From Aquificales bacterium (GTDB taxonomy: Bacteria > Aquificota > Aquificia > Aquificales > QOAS01): a stretch of DNA of 64,000 nt. This document shows positions 34,607-42,330 of the stretch, piece by piece. The translations under genes and the position numbers were made by a program. The notes beneath the pieces were generated by a model. The model saw only the letters and a list, made by a program, of their open reading frames with translations, had not been told where the DNA came from and searched no databases. The stretch covers positions 6,788 to 70,787 of the forward strand of contig JALWDU010000092.1 of the NCBI GenBank assembly GCA_027036735.1, given 5' to 3'. Numbering within the stretch: the stretch's first letter is position 1; each line of letters starts with the position of its first letter.

Positions 34607-36970
34607 ATGCAAATGCCCCAAAGCGGTATCTATTCCCACCCAAATGTCCTTTTGGAGGAACATATAAACAACGTTCTTTCCATATATAGGACATTGAAAA
34701 ATGACCTTTTACCCTTTTGGGGCGGTGAAATTTTAACAACCTTGGAGGTTTCTATAGCCCTCCACGACATAGGTAAGGCTACCGAATACTTTCAGAGGAA
34801 GCTAAGGGGTGAAAGATTAAACTCCAAAGAGAGGAAATATTCCCAACACTCACTTTTTTCGGCTGTTTATACTTTCTACAAGCTCCATAAGGAGTTTTTT
34901 GAAGATTTCGAATACCCCCTATTGGGGTATTTCTTGGTCGCAAATCACCACGCGGGTATTTTAAAAAGTTTCAAAGACCTCTTAAAGTTGTCGGAAGATG
35001 ATATAGAAACCTTTTTGGTTCAACTCAATTCTATAAACCCCGAAGAGGTAAACCGCTTTGTTGAAAACATAGACCTACCGAGGGAGTGGAAGGAAAAGCT
35101 AAAACTCCAAAGGGAGGAATTTGAAACCTTCCTAAAAGAGGAACTTTTAGACCTCTTTGACGACCTCTCTTGGGATTTGGAGGATTACATAAAACCCTCT
35201 TTGGAGAGATACATAACCTTGCTTTACCTCTTTTCGCTTTTGGTCGATGCCGACAAAACCGAGGCGGGTGCTAAGGGTGTTCCCCACTTTTTGGGGAGGA
35301 GAATAGATATTCCACCCTCTTTGGTCGAGGAGTATGTAAAGACCCTTAAGGGGAACTCACCGATTAACAGACTCCGCCAAAGGGTTTTTGAGGAGGTTAA
35401 GACCTTTGAGGTGGATACAAAGGAACATTTTTACACCCTAACCTTGCCAACCGGTTATGGAAAAACCCTTATAGGTCTCCTATTCGCTTTAAAACTCAAA
35501 AGGGAGATAGAGAGGGAAACCCAAAAGGAGGTTAGGCTAATTTACTCCCTGCCCTTTTTGAGTATCATCGACCAAAACACAAGGGTGTTCGAAGAGGTTT
35601 TGAAACCTTTGGGGGAAAGGGTTGTCGTAAAGCATCACCACCTATCGCTGGGAGAATATTTGAAACAACAGGAGGAGGATTACGAGCTAACCCGCATTTT
35701 GGTCGAAGCTTGGAACGCCCCGGTTGTTATAACTACCTTCGTCCAGCTGTTCCACACCTTGTTGGCTTATTCCAATTCCAACGCGAGGAGGTTAAACAAA
35801 CTCTCAAATGCCGTCGTTTTGGTTGACGAGATTCAGGCTCTCCCGCCGAAGTATTGGTATCTGTTCGAAAAATACCTAAAAGAGGTCGCAAAAAATCTAA
35901 ACACCTACTTTGTATTTATGACCGCTACTCAACCCTATTTGGTGGAGGGAAGGGAGGTTATCCGAAATAGGGAGACCTATTTCAATTCGGTAAACCGCTA
36001 CGGGGTTTCTTTAAAATTGGAAGAGACACTCTTTGGGGAATTTTTGGAGAGTTTAAAGCCCGAAGAGGGAACCCTTTACATCCTCAACACCATTAGGAGT
36101 TCCCAAGAGGTCTATAGGTATTTGACGGAGGGGCTTGGCATTCCGAAGGGGGAGGTTGCATACCTATCGGCGAGTCTGACACCTAACGACCACCGAAGGC
36201 GGCTTATTGATTTGAAAAAGGGAAAATACCGCTTCGCGGTTTCAACCCAAGTCGTGGAGGCGGGGGTCGATATAGACTTTCCCCGCGTGGTTAGGGATTT
36301 CGCACCGCTAGATGCCCTAATCCAATCCGCCGGTAGGTGCAACCGAAACTTTACCTTTGAAAAGGGAACCCTTGAGGTGGTCAATCTAATAGATAAAAAC
36401 GATAGGAGGTTTGCTTCCTATATTTACGACCCTATTCTGTTAAAAACCACCTTGGAACTCCTCCTAAAGGAGAGACCGAAAGATGAAAGGGAACTGACGA
36501 GGTTGGTTGAAAAGTATTTCGACCTATTAAAGGAGCTAAAAAGCAAGGACACTTCAAAGGAGCTTTTGGAAAAAATCGAAAATTTGAACTTTAAGGATAT
36601 TCCTTGTAGGAAGGAAAAAGATAAGAACAAAAAGGAGAAAACCAAAGGTTTTTGTTTCATCGAAGATGAACCCTACAAGGCGGACGTATTCGTTCAGACC
36701 GACCAAAGGGCGGTCGAAATTTGGAACACCGCAAAGGGTATCATTCGAAAATTGAGGGAGAAAAAACTAACCCTCTTTGAGGCAAAGAGGGAATTCGAAA
36801 AACTCAAAGGGGACTTCTACGGGTATGTCATCTCCGTGAGGGTGGATAAGAATAAACCACCCTTCGATGAGGAGCTAAATACCTACTATGTCCCTATAGA
36901 GGAACTCGAAAACTATTACGACCCCGAAATAGGTTTTATCTTTGAGGGAGAAACTTATGGAGAGTATTGA
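34607..36970 (+). CDS. cas3: CRISPR-associated helicase/nuclease Cas3 (HD plus helicase, 787 aa)
   Basis: HD region (ALHDIGKATEYFQ..VANHH) and helicase motifs (LTLPTGYGKT, VLVDEIQAL, SAGRCNR). The start is taken at Met 70 of track ORF 34400-36970. Confidence 0.9.
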   Translation: MQMPQSGIYSHPNVLLEEHINNVLSIYRTLKNDLLPFWGGEILTTLEVSIALHDIGKATEYFQRKLRGERLNSKERKYSQHSLFSAVYTFYKLHKEFFEDFEYPLLGYFLVANHHAGILKSFKDLLKLSEDDIETFLVQLNSINPEEVNRFVENIDLPREWKEKLKLQREEFETFLKEELLDLFDDLSWDLEDYIKPSLERYITLLYLFSLLVDADKTEAGAKGVPHFLGRRIDIPPSLVEEYVKTLKGNSPINRLRQRVFEEVKTFEVDTKEHFYTLTLPTGYGKTLIGLLFALKLKREIERETQKEVRLIYSLPFLSIIDQNTRVFEEVLKPLGERVVVKHHHLSLGEYLKQQEEDYELTRILVEAWNAPVVITTFVQLFHTLLAYSNSNARRLNKLSNAVVLVDEIQALPPKYWYLFEKYLKEVAKNLNTYFVFMTATQPYLVEGREVIRNRETYFNSVNRYGVSLKLEETLFGEFLESLKPEEGTLYILNTIRSSQEVYRYLTEGLGIPKGEVAYLSASLTPNDHRRRLIDLKKGKYRFAVSTQVVEAGVDIDFPRVVRDFAPLDALIQSAGRCNRNFTFEKGTLEVVNLIDKNDRRFASYIYDPILLKTTLELLLKERPKDERELTRLVEKYFDLLKELKSKDTSKELLEKIENLNFKDIPCRKEKDKNKKEKTKGFCFIEDEPYKADVFVQTDQRAVEIWNTAKGIIRKLREKKLTLFEAKREFEKLKGDFYGYVISVRVDKNKPPFDEELNTYYVPIEELENYYDPEIGFIFEGETYGEY

Positions 36971-37457
36971 GGGGATTAACGGCACCTTGGTGTGGTATTT
37001 TCACATCTGCCCCCGACAGGTTTGGTATATCTACCACGCCCTTGCGGGGGAACAGGATAACGATTTTCTCCTCTTGGGAAGGCATATCCACGAAGTCTTT
37101 TACAGGAACCGCAAAAGGGAGCTATTAATAGACAACACCATTAAGGTGGACTTTATCGAAGAAGAGGGACTTATAGCGGAGGTCAAAAAGAGCTCCAAAA
37201 ACCTAAAGAGCGCCCTGATGCAACTTGCCTTTTACCTCTATTATTTCAAACACAAAAAGGGTGTAGCCCTATCGGGGAAACTCCTAATCCCCGAAGAGAG
37301 GAAACAAATAAAAGTCGAACTTACGGAGGAACTGGAAAGGGAACTTGAAGAAACCTTTAGGGGGATTAGGGAAATAATTTCTAAACCCCTTCCACCGCCA
37401 CCCCGCAAGATTCCCCACTGCAAGAGGTGCGCCTATAGGGAGATTTGTTGGGTTTAG
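36957..37457 (+). CDS. cas4: CRISPR-associated exonuclease Cas4
   Basis: One N-terminal Cys (HICPRQ) plus a C-terminal CKRCAYREIC, and an EVKKS-type nuclease motif. The ATG at 36957 is preceded by GAGGGAG; the track start at 36942 is TTG. Confidence 0.85.
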   Translation: MESIEGINGTLVWYFHICPRQVWYIYHALAGEQDNDFLLLGRHIHEVFYRNRKRELLIDNTIKVDFIEEEGLIAEVKKSSKNLKSALMQLAFYLYYFKHKKGVALSGKLLIPEERKQIKVELTEELERELEETFRGIREIISKPLPPPPRKIPHCKRCAYREICWV

Positions 37458-37468
37458 ACTAACCTTTA

Positions 37469-38464
37469 ATGGCAAAAAATATCTATATACACAGCAGCGG
37501 TTCCTTAAAAAGAAAGGACAACACCCTAAGGTTGGAACTCCAAGATGGAACAAAAAGGGTCATACCGATAAACGACGTATCCGCTATTTACGTTTTCGGA
37601 GAATTGGAACTCAACAAAAGGGTTTTGGAATTTTTAACAACCCACAAGGTGGCAATTCACTTTTTCAACCGCTACGGGTATTATGTTGGGAGCTACTACC
37701 CAAGGGAGTATCTAAACAGCGGTTTAATGACCCTAAAACAGGCGGAACATTACCTCTCACCCGAAAAGAGGCTCTACTTAGCCCGCTCCTTTGTGGAAGG
37801 AGGACTGAAGAATATCCTCAAAACGCTCAAATATTACCGCTCCAAAAGGGGTAAAAACGAACTGGAAACCACCGAAGGTTTTATAAAGGCAAAGATTGAA
37901 GAACTCAAAGGGGTTGATTCGATAGAACAGATAATGCAAATAGAGGGTTCGGCGAGGGAGGAGTACTACAAGAGCTGGAAACACATAATCGAAAACCCGG
38001 AATTTGTTTTCGAAAAGAGGGAAAAGAGACCGCCGACCAACGAAATAAACGCACTTATCAGCTTCGGGAATAGCTTGGTTTACACTTTGACGCTTTCGGA
38101 GATATACCATACATATTTAGACCCGAGGATTGGATACCTGCACGAGACCAATAGGAGGAGCTTTTCCCTCAATTTGGATATTGCGGAAATTTTTAAACCC
38201 ATTATGGTCGATAAGGTTATCTTTACCCTCCTAAATAGGGGACTTCTAAAAACTCCCGACCACTTTGAGGAGGCTATAGGAAACACCTACCTAAACGAGA
38301 AGGGGAGAAAAATCTTTATAAAACACTTTGAGGAGAAGCTGAAAACAACCTTTAAACATCCCAATTTGGGTAAGATTTCCTACAAGAGGTTAGTTCGCTT
38401 GGAGTGTTATAAGCTCTACAAACACTTTTTGGGGGAAAGGGAATATCAACCTTTGGTGGTTTAG
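37469..38464 (+). CDS. cas1: CRISPR-associated endonuclease Cas1
   Basis: 331 aa; ..REKRPPTNEINALISFGNSLVY..LDPRIGYLHE..SLNLDIAEIFKP.. Confidence 0.95.
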   Translation: MAKNIYIHSSGSLKRKDNTLRLELQDGTKRVIPINDVSAIYVFGELELNKRVLEFLTTHKVAIHFFNRYGYYVGSYYPREYLNSGLMTLKQAEHYLSPEKRLYLARSFVEGGLKNILKTLKYYRSKRGKNELETTEGFIKAKIEELKGVDSIEQIMQIEGSAREEYYKSWKHIIENPEFVFEKREKRPPTNEINALISFGNSLVYTLTLSEIYHTYLDPRIGYLHETNRRSFSLNLDIAEIFKPIMVDKVIFTLLNRGLLKTPDHFEEAIGNTYLNEKGRKIFIKHFEEKLKTTFKHPNLGKISYKRLVRLECYKLYKHFLGEREYQPLVV

Positions 38465-38479
38465 AGGAGGTTTAAACCT

Positions 38480-38743
38480 ATGTTTGTGGTTTTGGTCTAT
38501 GATGTAAAACAGAAAAGGGTCGGGAAGGTTCTAAAAATCTGCAGGAAATATCTAACCCACGTCCAAAATTCGGTGTTTGAAGGAGAAATAACACCCGCAA
38601 AGTTGAGAATTCTTAAAGACGAACTCAAAGGGGTTATAGACGAGGATTACGACAGCGTGATTATATACAAATTCCGCCTACCCGCAGAGGAGAGGGAGAT
38701 TTTAGGAATAGAACCCCCTTCGGCGGAGGATATTTTCTTTTGA
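38480..38743 (+). CDS. cas2: CRISPR-associated endoribonuclease Cas2
   Basis: 87 aa; MFVVLVYDV..KICRKYLTHVQNSVFEGEIT. Confidence 0.9.
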   Translation: MFVVLVYDVKQKRVGKVLKICRKYLTHVQNSVFEGEITPAKLRILKDELKGVIDEDYDSVIIYKFRLPAEEREILGIEPPSAEDIFF

Positions 38744-38770
38744 TACCACTTTGGGTTGCCTTTATAATGG

Positions 38771-39002
38771 CAGACTCAAGATTTGATGTCAAGTTATGGA
38801 TTAAAATTTGACAAAAATATTTTGCAGGATTAGAGGAAGTTAAGGAAAGAGGCTAAAAAGGCATACTCCAGGAAGTTAATGTCAATATAGGGTTGACCTT
38901 TTAAGTCAATTTTTGCTTGACCCCTTTGGGTGTTTTGGGTATAGTTCTAAACCCGTAAAGTGGAGGGTTCTTTGGCAACTTAATAGGGTTGGACTCAAGT
39001 TG
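38771..39002 (+). promoter_or_regulatory. CRISPR leader 2, with a putative promoter
   Basis: Paralogue of leader 1. TTGACC (38917-38922), 17 nt, then TATAGT (38940-38945). Confidence 0.55.
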
Positions 39003-39296
39003 GTTCTTATGTCCCTATAAGGGATTGAAACACAGCATCGAAAGCACCATCTCCCCATTCAGTTGCAGGTTCTTATGTCCCTATAAGGGATTGAAACCCC
39101 TCGCCACCGAACACGAAGCCGACGCGGGGCTCATGTTCTTATGTCCCTATAAGGGATTGAAACTCATTCCAGTTGAATCCGTAAAAGTTGCAAACCAAAG
39201 AGTTTTTATGTTCCTAAGAGGGATTGAAACTCGTGAAACCCAGGTCTTCTAAGAATTTAGCAAGGAAGTTTTTATGTTCCTAAGAGGGATTGAAAA
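39003..39296 (+). CRISPR. CRISPR array 2 (5 repeats, 4 spacers of 37-38 nt)
   Basis: Repeats lie at 39003, 39069 and 39135 (GTTCTTATGTCCCTATAAGGGATTGAAAC), and at 39202 and 39268 (degenerate GTTTTTATGTTCCTAAGAGGGATTGAAA[C/A]). Confidence 0.93.
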
Positions 39297-39321
39297 GAGG
39301 CTGAAACTTAGGTTTTGGTTT

Positions 39322-39879
39322 CTAACCTATGAGGGCGTATAGGACCACAAACTTGCTATCTTCAAAGAGAGGTTTAAATCCGTAGTTTTTATAAGCCTTA
39401 ACAAGTTTAGGATAACCTTCTATTTTTGCAACATCTAAAGTTATCAAACGTGTTCCCACTTTTTCGTTGATTTCCTTACAAATTGCAAAAGCAAACTTTA
39501 AAAATTTTTCCAAAGGAAGTTCCTCTTTTGGAACGCCATCTGCTCTACAGATTTGAGCTATAAAGAACGAATGTATATGGTCTTGTTCCTTTCTGAAACC
39601 TTTGAAAATTTCCTTTCTTTTAGTTTTGCTTAAAGTTTCCGGTAAAGTTATGGAGCGAATTCCCAAAGTTATAAATCCCCTCAAATAAGGTTTTTCGTTC
39701 CCTATCCAAAGGTAGGTTCTGACTACATCCCTTTTGTCAAAGGTCCAAGCCGATTTTTTCAAAAAGTTCTCCACTAAAGGATGCCGTTTGCACGAGAAAT
39801 CTTTTAGAAGAAACTCAAACTCATTTTTCGTTAAGTCTTTCAGCTTCCATGGCTCTTTTAAGAAATTGTTTGAGCTCAT
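39322..39879 (-). CDS. GNAT-fold acetyltransferase-like protein (TacT-like toxin?), tentative
   Basis: 185 aa with a strong GGAGGAGAGG RBS. FLKKSAWTFDKRDVVRTYL resembles the FLxxxA....SRTYV segment of TacT-type GNAT toxins, and the C-terminus ..LVKAYKNYGFKPL is GNAT-like. No clear Q/RxxGxG/A motif. Confidence 0.45.
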   Translation of the reverse strand: MSSNNFLKEPWKLKDLTKNEFEFLLKDFSCKRHPLVENFLKKSAWTFDKRDVVRTYLWIGNEKPYLRGFITLGIRSITLPETLSKTKRKEIFKGFRKEQDHIHSFFIAQICRADGVPKEELPLEKFLKFAFAICKEINEKVGTRLITLDVAKIEGYPKLVKAYKNYGFKPLFEDSKFVVLYALIG

Positions 39880-40048
39880 TTAACCTCTCCTCCATTTTCT
39901 TAGGGTCGTTAAGAGTCCCAATCCATTCTTCAACTTCCGGGTCCGTTTCGAATTTTATAGGTTCCTCGTGTTCCAAAGCCCACATAAGCTTTTCCCAAGC
40001 CTTTTCGTCAACTTCTATGTGAAGTCTAAGTATTTGTTTGCCCTCCAT
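39821..40048 (-). CDS. hypothetical 75-aa protein upstream of the GNAT-like gene
   Basis: ORF only. It overlaps the GNAT-like ORF by 59 nt and has no obvious RBS. Confidence 0.3.
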   Translation of the reverse strand: MEGKQILRLHIEVDEKAWEKLMWALEHEEPIKFETDPEVEEWIGTLNDPKKMEERLNELKQFLKRAMEAERLNEK

Positions 40049-40168
40049 AGGGAAAAAATTATGGCGGAAAGCGTTTAAATTTTAGAGATGGCACAGAATT
40101 CTAAGAAAAGTATGCTAAGCGAGTTTTTTTAAAGGTAATCCTTTATCGGGGAAGTTTTGAAGATGTAG

Positions 40169-40264
40169 GTTTTTATGTCCCTATAAGGGATTGAAACCGA
40201 TTTGGCTATCGAAGGTGGGACTGAAACCTCTATTAGCTTTTATGTTCCTATGAGGGATTGAAAC
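40169..40264 (+). CRISPR. mini-array 3 (2 repeats, 1 spacer-like 38-nt segment)
   Basis: Repeats at 40169 (GTTTTTATGTCCCTATAAGGGATTGAAAC, identical to the last repeat of array 1) and at 40236 (GCTTTTATGTTCCTATGAGGGATTGAAAC). The spacer itself contains GGGACTGAAAC (40217-40227), a 10/11 match to the repeat 3' end. Confidence 0.7.
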
Positions 40265-40624
40265 AGTTGATTTTTTCAAAATAAACTTTTCCACTCTCTC
40301 ATAGTATTCTTTAACCTTTTCCAAAACTACATCAAAGGAAACATTTTTTAGTCCAAGTTCGGGAACGGTGTAAAAACCGGGGATGGAAAAGTTTTTAGTT
40401 TTTTCAGAAAGATATTCCAAACCTCCTATAGGTCTATCGCCATATAGCTCTATATAAAGGTATAGAATTCTTCCCTTCTCGTCAGCGGCTAAAGAAAGTT
40501 CGGGGATATCTTCGACTAACTCTTTGTAAAGTTCCTCCGCTCGGTCAAAATCTTTGTCTTTAGCTTTATGACTATCAAGTTCTACACCATCTAAATAAGG
40601 CTCGGGGGTAAAGTGTAATTTCAT
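40181..40624 (-). CDS. hypothetical protein whose 3' end reads into CRISPR mini-array 3
   Basis: 147-aa ORF. The last ~28 codons (40181-40264) are the reverse translation of repeat and spacer sequence, so the native C-terminus is probably lost. Confidence 0.4.
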   Translation of the reverse strand: MKLHFTPEPYLDGVELDSHKAKDKDFDRAEELYKELVEDIPELSLAADEKGRILYLYIELYGDRPIGGLEYLSEKTKNFSIPGFYTVPELGLKNVSFDVVLEKVKEYYERVEKFILKKSTVSIPHRNIKANRGFSPTFDSQIGFNPL

Positions 40625-40641
40625 AACAATTTTAATATTAG

Positions 40642-40689
40642 GTTTTTAAGTCCCTGAAAAGTTAGATTTAAAAAGAAGGGGATTGATTA
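40642..40689 (+). repeat. degenerate CRISPR-repeat remnant
   Basis: GTTTTTAAGTCCCT (40642-40655) matches the repeat 5' half at 13/14 positions. AAGGGGATTGA (40676-40686) resembles the repeat 3' half. Confidence 0.45.
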
Positions 40690-40713
40690 GAGATTTTGAA
40701 GAGGTGGGCATAG

Positions 40714-41040
40714 ATGAAGGAATACGAAAAATTGCTTATAGATTACGCCAAATACTTAAGTATTATGAAAGATGAAGCAAAGGAGTATGCGAAGACGCTT
40801 TCAGGGGAAAGTTACTATCTCATAATTAACGACCTTCCCACCATAGAAAGGATGAAGCAGAGATTGTTAAAATTGCTCCCTAAAGCTCATCAAAAAGAAA
40901 TCCTTTCCAAATTAGCTAAAAATGAATTTGAAATTTATCGAATTCTGCAGAATACACCCTTAGCCAAACCTTTTGCGGAAGCGGTAAAGCTTAACCTTCA
41001 TCATCCATCGCCGGCCACCGTGGTAAAAGCCAAATCTTAA
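40714..41040 (+). CDS. hypothetical protein (108 aa)
   Basis: ATG with a GAAGAGGTGGG RBS and no recognisable motif. Confidence 0.45.
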   Translation: MKEYEKLLIDYAKYLSIMKDEAKEYAKTLSGESYYLIINDLPTIERMKQRLLKLLPKAHQKEILSKLAKNEFEIYRILQNTPLAKPFAEAVKLNLHHPSPATVVKAKS

Positions 41041-41042
41041 AC

Positions 41043-41426
41043 CTAATAATCCTCCCAACTTTCAACTTTCCATTTCGGTTTTTCCTCAAAAACCTCAAAC
41101 CTTTTGAGGTAGAAATTCCTTTCCAAATACCAAGAGGGGAAAAAGTACCACTTATCCCCTTCGGAGTAATCCCAAGAAAAACAAACCGCCGAAAAGGTTT
41201 TCATAAAATAAAAAGGCTCTAAAAGTCTTTCTATTTCCGAAAAGGGGAGTTCGTTAGCCCATTCCCTAAGGGTTTCGTCTTTTGCATCCGCAACTTTTGA
41301 GAGTATTTGAAGTAAAAATTCCTCCGAGAGTTTATCTTCCTTTAATTCCAAATCGGAAAAGGTTAAACCCCTTACCGCAACCCTTTCCTCGTAAGGAGAA
41401 GCCAAATACCCCAAAAGAACCAGCAT
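41043..41426 (-). CDS. hypothetical protein (127 aa), translationally coupled to cas6
   Basis: Its ATG (41424-41426) overlaps the cas6 stop TAA (41426-41428) as TAATG. No recognisable motif. Confidence 0.55.
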   Translation of the reverse strand: MLVLLGYLASPYEERVAVRGLTFSDLELKEDKLSEEFLLQILSKVADAKDETLREWANELPFSEIERLLEPFYFMKTFSAVCFSWDYSEGDKWYFFPSWYLERNFYLKRFEVFEEKPKWKVESWEDY

Positions 41427-42166
41427 TAAACCCTTATTTTTGCGGGCAAAACCATTCCGAAACCGGCGCTATTTTTCGCACCCAAACCGGTTTCAAATGC
41501 CAACTTCAGTACCTCTTTAGGGGCTTTTATCCTATATATCCCTTCCCAAGCCTTTATTAAGGTTCCTTTAAACACCACCTTTTTGAAATCCCTTCCTGAC
41601 ACCTTTACGGGTTCTATTTCTATTTCACCCTCAAAAGGTCTCCCATAAACGAGCATAAATTTCTTTTTAAGGTTTTCCCTTAAAAGTCTGTAAAATTCCT
41701 CCTCGTGAGGTGTTAGGTAGTTAAAAAACTTACTCCCCGGTTCGGTTTTATAGACCACTATAGGGGAAAGGGTTTTAACCTCAACCTCTTCGGGGATTTC
41801 TTCCAAAACTACCGCTTCCACATTTAGGAGCTCTAGTTTATTTTCACCCAAAAAGAGGTCTTTGTTTTCCAAAATCACCTTTCGGAGGGTGGAAATACTC
41901 ACCTCATTTTTGGGAGAGGCGAAATATATCCTAAATGTGGGTTTGTAATAGACATATTCGTTGTCCTTTTTGAGGAATTTCCCGAAAATTTTTGAGAACG
42001 TAAAGAGTTTAAACTTCCTCTTTCCGAGCTCGTAGCCCCTATCGTGCAAAAAGGTTGCGATTTGTTCGTCCATATTCTTGTAGAAGAAAGCCTGCAGTAG
42101 GCGGTTGTAATGTTTGGGAAGTTTCAAAGCCGCGCCTTCGGCGCGGAATACGAATTTCAAAATCAT
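41426..42166 (-). CDS. cas6: CRISPR-associated endoribonuclease Cas6
   Basis: 246 aa. The C-terminal glycine-rich loop ETGLGAKNSAGFGM and overall size are typical of Cas6. Confidence 0.88.
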   Translation of the reverse strand: MILKFVFRAEGAALKLPKHYNRLLQAFFYKNMDEQIATFLHDRGYELGKRKFKLFTFSKIFGKFLKKDNEYVYYKPTFRIYFASPKNEVSISTLRKVILENKDLFLGENKLELLNVEAVVLEEIPEEVEVKTLSPIVVYKTEPGSKFFNYLTPHEEEFYRLLRENLKKKFMLVYGRPFEGEIEIEPVKVSGRDFKKVVFKGTLIKAWEGIYRIKAPKEVLKLAFETGLGAKNSAGFGMVLPAKIRV

Positions 42167-42330
42167 AGTGTCAGATTTCTATCATACCGCCCGTTCTATA
42201 GTGACCTCCTCCCCACATCTTTGATGTGGGGCTTCCCGCTTCATCGTGGGCAGAGCCCACTCCACGGGCGTCACTTCCCCGCGGTCCACGGGTAGGGCAG
42301 ACTTTAGGCGGTCTGCCAGCGCCTTATTCT
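42150..42330 (-). ncRNA. putative TnpB guide RNA (omega/reRNA) scaffold overlapping the tnpB 3' end
   Basis: Called by analogy with IS200/IS605 TnpB elements. On the minus strand I see stems GGCAGAC..GTCTGCC (42286-42307) and CCCCACATC-AAA-GATGTGGGG (42211-42231). The extent is a guess. Confidence 0.25.

Noticed and set aside
38989-39252. 87-aa ORF in the track (MDSSWFLCPYKGLKH..)
   Set aside because: It is simply a translation through CRISPR array 2. The recurring FLCPYKGLK peptide is the repeat read in frame.
39297-39346. GAGGCTGAAAC right after the last repeat of array 2, and CCTATGAGGG at the GNAT-like gene's 3' end, resembling pieces of the repeat
   Set aside because: The matches are short (8/11 and a 10-mer) and cannot be extended. 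They are mentioned only as weak support for array decay.
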